A model generated the notes under the pieces. It did no database searches. It saw nothing but the letters and a program-made list of their open reading frames with translations, and was not told the DNA's origin. From a virus (Duplodnaviria; Heunggongvirae; Uroviricota; Caudoviricetes): a DNA stretch of 13,851 bases. Position numbers and translations under genes: made by a program. The stretch lies in the IMG/VR virus record IMGVR_UViG_2706794691_000018. One strand, given 5' to 3'. How positions within the stretch are numbered: position 1 is the stretch's first letter; every line of letters begins with the position of its first letter. Shown in pieces: positions 6,683-13,851 of this stretch.

Positions 6683-7167
6683 CGATTAAAACGTCTACTC
6701 CTGCTGTTCCAGAATAACTTCATAAAATGGGAGTATTTTTCGGTGACGAGATAATAAGAACAGTTTGCGCTATCACTCTGATGTTGAATGATGCCCTTCC
6801 GTTCTAATTTTTTCATAACCGGGTTACGGCAAGGAGAAGTGATAATAAGATTTCCTGTTTTAAGGAAATCTTTAAATACAGCGATTTCTTTCTCAGATAA
6901 ACGAAGCAATACTCGTTGCTCTGGTAGTAATGAATAATGCTTTTGAATATGTGCTCGCAATCTTGAGAAGGAAATGGCGACCACGAAAGAAAAGGCAAAA
7001 ACGATAATCTGAAAGAGCCAAGGTATTTCAGTATAAGCATTGAATGCGACAGTAAACTCTTTCGGTATCAGCCAGAGAGTGAGACCAAAAATGATAATCG
7101 TATACATAAGTATTTCGAGTGGCTCGTTAGCAAAAAGTTTCAACAATGGAGTAAATACATCCAACAT
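6679..7167 (-). CDS. sieB: superinfection exclusion protein B, 162 aa from MLDVFTPLLKLF
   Basis: Membrane protein with hydrophobic N-terminal half; sequence and length match Rac SieB as recalled. The track ORF 6679..7488 continues upstream into the N-run and is not supported. Confidence 0.75.
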   Translation of the reverse strand: MLDVFTPLLKLFANEPLEILMYTIIIFGLTLWLIPKEFTVAFNAYTEIPWLFQIIVFAFSFVVAISFSRLRAHIQKHYSLLPEQRVLLRLSEKEIAVFKDFLKTGNLIITSPCRNPVMKKLERKGIIQHQSDSANCSYYLVTEKYSHFMKLFWNSRSRRFNR

Positions 7168-7225
7168 ATCAATAACTCTCAACTGTAAGGGTATTGAAAT
7201 GTTAACACAAGCTCTCGCTGTAGGG

Positions 7226-7475
7226 NNNNNNNNNNNNNNNNNNNNNNNNNNNNNNNNNNNNNNNNNNNNNNNNNNNNNNNNNNNNNNNNNNNNNNNNNNN
7301 NNNNNNNNNNNNNNNNNNNNNNNNNNNNNNNNNNNNNNNNNNNNNNNNNNNNNNNNNNNNNNNNNNNNNNNNNNNNNNNNNNNNNNNNNNNNNNNNNNNN
7401 NNNNNNNNNNNNNNNNNNNNNNNNNNNNNNNNNNNNNNNNNNNNNNNNNNNNNNNNNNNNNNNNNNNNNNNNNNN
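7226..7475. other. masked or unresolved sequence (250 N) between sieB and kilR
   Basis: Run of N in the supplied sequence. Confidence 1.
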
Positions 7476-7616
7476 GCGCACGTGGCACAGTTAAAAGTCA
7501 TGTTAGTCCTTATTGGTTTGGGTGGGAAAGCCGACTGTAATTGTTAACTGGTTGCAGTCACCTGGAGGCACCAGGCACCGCATCAACAAAGTTCATTTGT
7601 AAAAATGGAGATAATT

Positions 7617-7838
7617 ATGATTGCACATCACTTCGGAACTGATGAAATACCACGTCAGTGTGTGACTCCTGGCGATTATGTTCTTCATGAAGGCCGGACA
7701 TATATTGCCTCGGCAAACAATATTAAAAAGCGAAAACTATATATTCGTAACCTGACCACAAAAACATGCATTACTGACCGCATGATTAAAGTCTTCCTCG
7801 GTCGTGATGGTTTACCTGTAAAGGCGGAGTCATGGTGA
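7617..7838 (+). CDS. kilR: killing protein KilR (cell-division inhibitor), 73 aa
   Basis: [46 protein letters not shown]... matches KilR; GGAG six nt upstream of ATG 7617. Confidence 0.8.
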   Translation: MIAHHFGTDEIPRQCVTPGDYVLHEGRTYIASANNIKKRKLYIRNLTTKTCITDRMIKVFLGRDGLPVKAESW

Positions 7839-8008
7839 TGACTAAGAAAATAAAATGTGCTTACCACCTTTGCAAAAAAGACGTTGAAGAAAGCAAAGCT
7901 ATTGAAAGAATGCTTCACTTCATGCACGGGATTTTATCAAAAGACGAACCGAGAAAATATTGCAGTGAAGCTTGTGCCGAAAAAGACCAGATGGCACATG
8001 AACTTTAA
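7838..8008 (+). CDS. ydaE: small Cys/His-rich (zinc-binding type) protein YdaE-like, 56 aa
   Basis: Hand-translated [56 protein letters not shown]; start overlaps kilR stop within ATGGTGATG (alternative start 7832). Confidence 0.6.
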   Translation: MTKKIKCAYHLCKKDVEESKAIERMLHFMHGILSKDEPRKYCSEACAEKDQMAHEL

Positions 8009-8082
8009 TTAATTGACTATTCGAAACTGAATTTATGCCAGAAATGGCAGGTATTCGCTCAACCTTAATTAAGGAGAAAAAC

Positions 8083-8358
8083 ATGATTACCAATTATGAA
8101 GCCACTGTTGTAACTACCGATGACATTGTTCACGAGGTGAATCTGGAAGGAAAGCGCATTGGCTACGTAATTAAAACAGAAAATAAAGAAACCCCATTCA
8201 CTGTGGTTGATATCGATGGTCCATCAGGCAACGTAAAAACACTTGATGAAGGTGTCAAAAAAATGTGCCTGGTGCATATCGGAAAGAATCTGCCCGCAGA
8301 AAAAAAAGCCGAATTTCTGGCAACTCTAATTGCAATGAAATTAAAAGGTGAAATCTGA
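8083..8358 (+). CDS. racC: RacC, 91 aa
   Basis: MITNYEATVVTTDDIVHEVNLEGKRIGYVIK... with AAGGAG upstream of ATG 8083; length and sequence match RacC. Confidence 0.75.
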   Translation: MITNYEATVVTTDDIVHEVNLEGKRIGYVIKTENKETPFTVVDIDGPSGNVKTLDEGVKKMCLVHIGKNLPAEKKAEFLATLIAMKLKGEI

Positions 8359-8363
8359 AAGAA

Positions 8364-8388
8364 ATAGCCTGCGTATGGCGCAGGCTAT
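8364..8388 (+). other. perfect 10-bp stem / 5-nt loop hairpin (ATAGCCTGCG tatgg CGCAGGCTAT) six nt after the racC stop; no U-tract
   Basis: Inverted repeat read directly from the sequence; possible RNA stability or processing element, or Rho-dependent pause site. Confidence 0.3.
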
Positions 8389-8459
8389 GAACAGTGTGTA
8401 TCCGGCAAGATCATTCACTGAACAAAACGAATTTTAATCTGAGTTGAGGTTAAAAAACA

Positions 8460-11060
8460 ATGAGCACAAAACCACTCTTCCTGTTACGGAAAGCGAAAAA
8501 ATCATCCGGTGAACCTGACGTCGTCCTGTGGGCAAGCAACGATTTTGAATCGACCTGTGCCACTCTGGACTACCTGATCGTTAAGTCAGGTAAAAAACTG
8601 AGCAGCTATTTTAAAGCTGTTGCCACGAATTTTCCTGTCGTTAATGACCTGCCCGCTGAAGGTGAGATCGATTTTACCTGGAGTGAACGCTATCAACTCA
8701 GCAAAGACTCCATGACATGGGAACTAAAACCGGGAGCAGCACCAGACAACGCTCACTATCAAGGCAATACCAACGTCAACGGCGAAGACATGACTGAGAT
8801 TGAGGAGAATATGCTACTCCCAATTTCTGGCCAGGAACTGCCCATTCGTTGGCTTGCTCAACACGGCAGCGAAAAACCGGTAACGCACGTTTCACGCGAC
8901 GGACTCCAGGCATTACACATTGCTCGGGCTGAAGAACTACCGGCTGTTACTGCCCTGGCTGTTTCCCACAAAACCAGCCTGCTCGACCCGCTGGAAATTC
9001 GCGAACTCCACAAACTGGTTCGTGACACTGACAAAGTTTTCCCTAATCCTGGTAATTCAAACCTGGGACTGATAACTGCTTTTTTCGAAGCATACCTGAA
9101 CGCTGACTACACCGATCGAGGACTGCTGACAAAAGAGTGGATGAAGGGTAATCGTGTTTCACACATCACTCGCACGGCTTCCGGTGCTAATGCTGGCGGC
9201 GGAAACCTCACCGATCGCGGCGAAGGTTTCGTACACGATCTGACGTCACTGGCGCGGGACGTAGCCACTGGCGTACTGGCCCGTTCAATGGATCTGGACA
9301 TCTATAACCTTCATCCGGCACACGCTAAACGCATTGAGGAAATTATCGCTGAAAATAAACCGCCCTTTTCTGTTTTCCGCGACAAATTCATCACCATGCC
9401 TGGCGGGCTGGATTATTCCCGCGCCATCGTGGTTGCGTCCGTAAAAGAAGCACCAATTGGGATCGAGGTCATCCCCGCGCACGTCACTGAATATCTGAAC
9501 AAAGTACTGACTGAAACCGATCATGCCAACCCTGATCCGGAAATCGTGGATATTGCCTGCGGTCGCTCCTCTGCCCCGATGCCGCAGCGAGTAACAGAAG
9601 AAGGAAAACAGGATGATGAAGAAAAACCGCAACCATCTGGAACAACGGCAGTTGAACAGGGAGAGGCTGAAACAATGGAACCGGACGCAACTGAACATCA
9701 TCAGGACACGCAGCCGCTGGATGCTCAGTCACAGGTAAATTCTGTTGATGCGAAATATCAGGAACTGCGGGCAGAACTCCATGAAGCCCGGAAAAACATT
9801 CCATCAAAAAATCCTGTCGATGCCGATAAATTGCTTGCTGCATCACGTGGTGAATTTGTTGACGGAATTAGCGACCCGAACGATCCGAAATGGGTAAAGG
9901 GGATCCAGACTCGCGATTGTGTGTACCAGAACCAGCCAGAAACGGAAAAAACCAGCCCGGATATGAATCAACCTGAGCCAGTAGTGCAACAGGAACCGGA
10001 AATAGCCTGCAATGCCTGCGGCCAGACTGGCGGGGATAACTGCCCTGACTGTGGTGCGGTGATGGGCGACGCAACATACCAGGAAACATTCGATGAAGAG
10101 AGTCAGGTTGAAGCTAAGGAAAATGATCCGGAGGAAATGGAAGGCGCTGAACATCCGCACAATGAGAATGCTGGCAGCGATCCGCATCGCGATTGCAGTG
10201 ATGAAACTGGCGAAGTCGCAGATCCCGTAATCGTAGAAGACATAGAGCCAGGTATTTATTACGGAATTTCGAATGAGAATTACCACGCGGGTCCCGGTGT
10301 CAGTAAGTCTCAGCTCGATGACATTGCTGATACTCCGGCACTGTATTTGTGGCGTAAAAATGCCCCCGTGGACACCACAAAGACAAAAACGCTCGATTTA
10401 GGAACCGCTTTCCACTGCCGGGTACTTGAGCCGGAAGAATTCAGTAACCGCTTTATCGTAGCACCTGAATTTAACCGCCGGACAAACTCCGGAAAAGAAG
10501 AAGAGAAAGCGTTTCTGAGGGAATGCGCAAGCACAGGAAAAACGGTTATCACTGCCGAAGAAGGCCGGAAAATTGAACTCATGTATCAGAGCGTTATGGC
10601 TTTGCCGCTGGGGCAATGGCTTGTTGAAAGCGCCGGACACGCTGAATCATCAATTTACTGGGAAGATCCTGAAACAGCAATTTTGTGTCGGTGCCGTCCG
10701 GACAAAATTATCCCTGAATTTCACTGGATCATGGACGTGAAAACTACGGCGGATATTCAACGATTCAAAACCGCTTATTACGACTACCGCTATCACGTTC
10801 AGGATGCATTCTACAGTGACGGTTATGAAGCACAGTTTGGAGTGCAGCCAACTTTCGTTTTTCTGGTTGCCAGCACAACTATTGAATGCGGACGTTATCC
10901 GGTTGAAATTTTCATGATGGGCGAAGAAGCAAAACTGGCAGGTCAGCTGGAATATCACCGCAATCTGCGAACCCTGGCTGACTGCCTCAATACCGATGAA
11001 TGGCCAGCTATTAAGACGTTATCACTGCCCCGCTGGGCTAAGGAATATGCAAATGACTAA
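8460..11060 (+). CDS. recE: exodeoxyribonuclease VIII (RecE), 866 aa
   Basis: Full-length 866-aa ORF whose N-terminus ([30 protein letters not shown]...) and C-terminal nuclease region match RecE; 3' end overlaps the recT start. Confidence 0.9.
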   Translation: MSTKPLFLLRKAKKSSGEPDVVLWASNDFESTCATLDYLIVKSGKKLSSYFKAVATNFPVVNDLPAEGEIDFTWSERYQLSKDSMTWELKPGAAPDNAHYQGNTNVNGEDMTEIEENMLLPISGQELPIRWLAQHGSEKPVTHVSRDGLQALHIARAEELPAVTALAVSHKTSLLDPLEIRELHKLVRDTDKVFPNPGNSNLGLITAFFEAYLNADYTDRGLLTKEWMKGNRVSHITRTASGANAGGGNLTDRGEGFVHDLTSLARDVATGVLARSMDLDIYNLHPAHAKRIEEIIAENKPPFSVFRDKFITMPGGLDYSRAIVVASVKEAPIGIEVIPAHVTEYLNKVLTETDHANPDPEIVDIACGRSSAPMPQRVTEEGKQDDEEKPQPSGTTAVEQGEAETMEPDATEHHQDTQPLDAQSQVNSVDAKYQELRAELHEARKNIPSKNPVDADKLLAASRGEFVDGISDPNDPKWVKGIQTRDCVYQNQPETEKTSPDMNQPEPVVQQEPEIACNACGQTGGDNCPDCGAVMGDATYQETFDEESQVEAKENDPEEMEGAEHPHNENAGSDPHRDCSDETGEVADPVIVEDIEPGIYYGISNENYHAGPGVSKSQLDDIADTPALYLWRKNAPVDTTKTKTLDLGTAFHCRVLEPEEFSNRFIVAPEFNRRTNSGKEEEKAFLRECASTGKTVITAEEGRKIELMYQSVMALPLGQWLVESAGHAESSIYWEDPETAILCRCRPDKIIPEFHWIMDVKTTADIQRFKTAYYDYRYHVQDAFYSDGYEAQFGVQPTFVFLVASTTIECGRYPVEIFMMGEEAKLAGQLEYHRNLRTLADCLNTDEWPAIKTLSLPRWAKEYAND

Positions 11061-11905
11061 GCAACCACCAATCGCAAAAGCCGATCTGCAAAAAACTCAG
11101 GGAAACCGTGCACCAGCAGCAATTAAAAATAACGACGTGATTAGTTTTATTAACCAGCCATCAATGAAAGAGCAACTGGCAGCAGCTCTTCCACGCCATA
11201 TGACGGCTGAACGTATGATCCGTATCGCCACCACAGAAATTCGTAAAGTTCCGGCGTTAGGAAACTGTGACACTATGAGTTTTGTCAGTGCAATCGTACA
11301 GTGTTCACAGCTCGGACTTGAGCCCGGTAGCGCCCTCGGTCATGCATATTTACTGCCTTTTGGTAATAAAAACGAAAAGAGCGGTAAAAAAAACGTTCAG
11401 CTAATCATTGGCNNNNNNNNNNNNNNNNNNNNNNNNNNNNNNNNNNNNNNNNNNNNNNNNNNNNNNNNNNNNNNNNNNNNNNNNNNNNNNNNNNNNNNNN
11501 NNNNNNNNNNNNNNNNNNNNNNNNNNNNNNNNNNNNNNNNNNNNNNNNNNNNNNNNNNNNNNNNNNNNNNNNNNNNNNNNNNNNNNNNNNNNNNNNNNNN
11601 NNNNNNNNNNNNNNNNNNNNNNNNNNNNNNNNNNNNNNNNNNNNNNNNNNNNNNNNNNNNNNNNNNNNNNNNNNNNNNNNNNNNNNNNNNNNNNNNNNNN
11701 NNCTGGTAATAACGGGCCGTGGGTAACTCACTGGGAAGAAATGGCAAAGAAAACGGCTATTCGTCGCCTGTTCAAATATCTGCCCGTATCAATTGAGATC
11801 CAGCGTGCAGTATCAATGGATGAAAAGGAACCACTGACAATCGATCCTGCAGATTCCTCTGTATTAACCGGGGAATACAGTGTAATCGATAATTCAGAGG
11901 AATAA
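11053..11905 (+). CDS. recT: recombinase RecT (single-strand annealing protein); central part masked
   Basis: N-terminal 120 aa ([26 protein letters not shown]...) and C-terminal 66 aa (...[33 protein letters not shown]...SVIDNSEE) match RecT; the two parts are in different frames across the N-run. Confidence 0.8.
11413..11702. other. masked or unresolved sequence (290 N) inside recT
   Basis: Run of N in the supplied sequence. Confidence 1.
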
Positions 11906-11913
11906 TTCAGCCT

Positions 11914-11932
11914 GGCGGTGTAATGCACCGCC
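11914..11932 (+). other. 7-bp stem hairpin (GGCGGTG taatg CACCGCC) just after recT, followed by an A/T-rich tract
   Basis: Inverted repeat read from the sequence; weak intrinsic terminator or attenuator between recT and ralR. Confidence 0.3.
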
Positions 11933-11960
11933 AACTTGAAATATTTTTATGAGAAAAATT

Positions 11961-12038
11961 ATGAGATATGACAATGTTAAACCATGTCCATTTTGTGGTT
12001 GTCCATCAGTAACGGTGAAAGCCATTTCAGGATATTAC
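11961..12038 (+). CDS. ralR: restriction alleviation protein RalR/Lar, 5' portion only (3' end masked)
   Basis: MRYDNVKPCPFCGCPSVTVKAISGYY matches the RalR N-terminus (zinc-ribbon CPFCGC); the ORF runs into the N-run at 12039. Confidence 0.7.
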
Positions 12039-12255
12039 NNNNNNNNNNNNNNNNNNNNNNNNNNNNNNNNNNNNNNNNNNNNNNNNNNNNNNNNNNNNNN
12101 NNNNNNNNNNNNNNNNNNNNNNNNNNNNNNNNNNNNNNNNNNNNNNNNNNNNNNNNNNNNNNNNNNNNNNNNNNNNNNNNNNNNNNNNNNNNNNNNNNNN
12201 NNNNNNNNNNNNNNNNNNNNNNNNNNNNNNNNNNNNNNNNNNNNNNNNNNNNNNN
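12039..12255. other. masked or unresolved sequence (217 N) covering the ralR 3' end and downstream region
   Basis: Run of N in the supplied sequence. Confidence 1.
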
Positions 12256-12332
12256 TAAAACTGATAAATTTTAATTGCGAGAAACTTCAGTCCTCGTGAA
12301 TTGCATTGTATTCAAATTAAAACTTCATAGCT

Positions 12333-12346
12333 GATTATTAATAATC
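12333..12346. repeat. perfect 14-bp palindrome GATTATTAATAATC upstream of xisR
   Basis: Read directly from the sequence; lies 53 bp before the xis start in an AT-rich leader. Confidence 0.3.
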
Positions 12347-12398
12347 AACATCGGGCGTCAATTTAAGTCTAACATTGGCGCCTGCCAGAGGTGATGCG

Positions 12399-12614
12399 AT
12401 GGCACAAGTAATCTTTAATGAAGAGTGGATGGTTGAATACGGCCTGATGCTTCGCACTGGTCTGGGGGCCAGACAAATTGAAGCATACCGCCAGAACTGT
12501 TGGGTGGAAGGCTTCCACTTCAAACGAGTATCTCCTTTAGGGAAGCCAGACAGTAAGCGAGGGATTATCTGGTATAACTATCCAAAGATAAATCAGTTTA
12601 TCAAAGACTCATGA
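12399..12614 (+). CDS. xisR: excisionase, 71 aa
   Basis: [44 protein letters not shown]... matches Rac XisR (YdaQ); its stop is one nt before the intR start. Confidence 0.75.
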   Translation: MAQVIFNEEWMVEYGLMLRTGLGARQIEAYRQNCWVEGFHFKRVSPLGKPDSKRGIIWYNYPKINQFIKDS

Positions 12615-12615
12615 T

Positions 12616-13851
12616 ATGTCTAAATTACCAACAGGTGTCGAGATTCGAGGTAAATACATTCGCATCTGGTTCATGTTTCGAGGAAAACGATGTCGGGAAA
12701 CATTGAAAGGCTGGGAGGTTACTAACAGTAACATTAAAAAAGCCGGGAATTTAAGAGCGTTGATAGTTCATGAAATCAATTCCGGTGAGTTTGAGTATTT
12801 AAGACGTTTTCCCCAGTCCAGCACTGGGGCAAAAATGGTGACAACGAGGGTCATAAAAACGTTCGGGGAGCTTTGTGATATCTGGACAAAAATTAAAGAA
12901 ACAGAGTTAACAACAAACACAATGAAGAAAACGAAATCACAATTAAAAACACTCAGGATAATAATTTGTGAGAGTACTCCGATATCGCATATTCGTTATA
13001 GCGATATCTTAAACTACCGGAATGAACTGCTGCATGGAGAAACGCTTTACCTGGATAATCCAAGATCCAACAAAAAAGGAAGAACCGTGCGCACAGTTGA
13101 TAACTATATCGCCCTGCTCTGTTCGTTGTTACGTTTTGCGTATCAGTCGGGATTTATATCAACCAAACCATTTGAAGGAGTAAAGAAATTACAGAGAAAC
13201 AGAATAAAGCCTGACCCGTTATCTAAAACAGAATTCAATGCATTAATGGAAAGTGAAAAAGGACAGAGCCAGAACTTGTGGAAATTTGCCGTATACTCCG
13301 GGCTTCGTCACGGGGAACTGGCTGCTCTGGCGTGGGAGGATGTGGATTTCGAGAAGGGAGTTGTGAATGTCAGAAGAAACCTGACGATACTGGATATGTT
13401 CGGTCCCCCAAAAACAAATGCGGGGATCCGGACGGTAACACTACTGCAGCCTGCTCTTGAAGCACTGAAGGAGCAATACAAACTGACCGGGCATCATCGC
13501 AAAAGCGAAATCACTTTTTATCATCGGGAGTACGGCAGAACCGAAAAGCAAAAACTGCATTTTGTTTTCATGCCCAGAGTGTGTAACGGAAAACAGAAAC
13601 CTTATTACTCGGTAAGCAGTTTGGGTGCGAGATGGAATGCAGCAGTAAAACGTGCTGGTATTCGCCGCCGTAATCCGTACCATACGCGGCATACTTTTGC
13701 CTGCTGGCTGTTGACGGCAGGAGCGAACCCGGCGTTTATAGCCAGCCAGATGGGGCATGAAACTGCGCAGATGGTGTATGAAATTTACGGTATGTGGATT
13801 GATGACATGAACGACGAACAGGTAGCCATGTTGAATGCGCGGTTATCGTAG
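12616..13851 (+). CDS. intR: tyrosine-family site-specific integrase, 411 aa
   Basis: Full-length match to Rac IntR as recalled (MSKLPTGVEIRGKYIRIWFMFRGKRCRETLKGW...), with box motifs RHGELAALAWEDVD and YHTRHTFACWLL and a C-terminal catalytic Tyr region; stop TAG is the last three bases of the window. Confidence 0.9.
   Translation: MSKLPTGVEIRGKYIRIWFMFRGKRCRETLKGWEVTNSNIKKAGNLRALIVHEINSGEFEYLRRFPQSSTGAKMVTTRVIKTFGELCDIWTKIKETELTTNTMKKTKSQLKTLRIIICESTPISHIRYSDILNYRNELLHGETLYLDNPRSNKKGRTVRTVDNYIALLCSLLRFAYQSGFISTKPFEGVKKLQRNRIKPDPLSKTEFNALMESEKGQSQNLWKFAVYSGLRHGELAALAWEDVDFEKGVVNVRRNLTILDMFGPPKTNAGIRTVTLLQPALEALKEQYKLTGHHRKSEITFYHREYGRTEKQKLHFVFMPRVCNGKQKPYYSVSSLGARWNAAVKRAGIRRRNPYHTRHTFACWLLTAGANPAFIASQMGHETAQMVYEIYGMWIDDMNDEQVAMLNARLS

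Larger units (their letters stand above)
1..13851. mobile_element. Rac-like lambdoid prophage, early region (integration, recombination, exclusion, immunity, replication, cargo); neither prophage end is resolved inside the window
   Basis: Contiguous synteny of recognisable Rac proteins (IntR, XisR, RalR, RecT, RecE, RacC, YdaE, KilR, SieB, YdaF, YdaG, YdaT, DnaC-like YdaV) read from the ORF translations; compact overlapping gene arrangement typical of phage. Confidence 0.85.

Noticed and set aside
9107-10958. Several 64-147 aa ORFs antisense to recE (9107..9301, 9285..9701, 9484..9846, 9843..10286, 9868..10089, 10310..10582, 10398..10640, 10650..10958)
   Set aside because: All lie inside and opposite a confidently identified 866-aa gene, lack ribosome-binding sites, and have low-complexity or Cys/Arg-rich composition typical of antisense frames.
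12338-12523. 61-aa minus-strand ORF overlapping the xisR start
   Set aside because: It overlaps the well-supported excisionase gene on the opposite strand and has no start context; judged spurious.
1-13851. CRISPR arrays, tRNA/rRNA genes, IS elements
   Set aside because: No regularly spaced direct repeats with unique spacers, no cloverleaf-like tRNA candidates and no transposase-like ORF with terminal inverted repeats were seen in the readable sequence.

Overview
The whole window reads as the early/immunity half of a Rac-like lambdoid prophage of an Escherichia-type genome, in inverted orientation relative to the usual E. coli K-12 map. Calls rest on protein sequences I recognise from the ORF translations plus gene order; no search was run. 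Right to left, the recognised backbone is intR (ends exactly at the window edge), xisR, a partly masked ralR, recT, recE, racC, ydaE, kilR, sieB, ydaF, ydaG, a CI-like repressor divergent from a Cro-like gene, ydaT, an O-like initiator (ydaU) and a DnaC-like ATPase (ydaV). Left of the replication genes the content is not K-12-like: an HTH protein, a zinc-ribbon protein, a DUF208/QueH-like gene, a Hok-family type I toxin locus and two small hypothetical genes. Five N-runs (2898-3147, 4054-4337, 7226-7475, 11413-11702, 12039-12255) are masked or unresolved; their lengths do not preserve reading frame, so every gene spanning one is called by its flanks only. I found no rRNA, tRNA, CRISPR array or IS element, and no clearly novel multi-gene system; the most unusual items are the QueH-like cargo gene next to a hok locus, and a recurring AGTACAT heptamer on both sides of the repressor gene.
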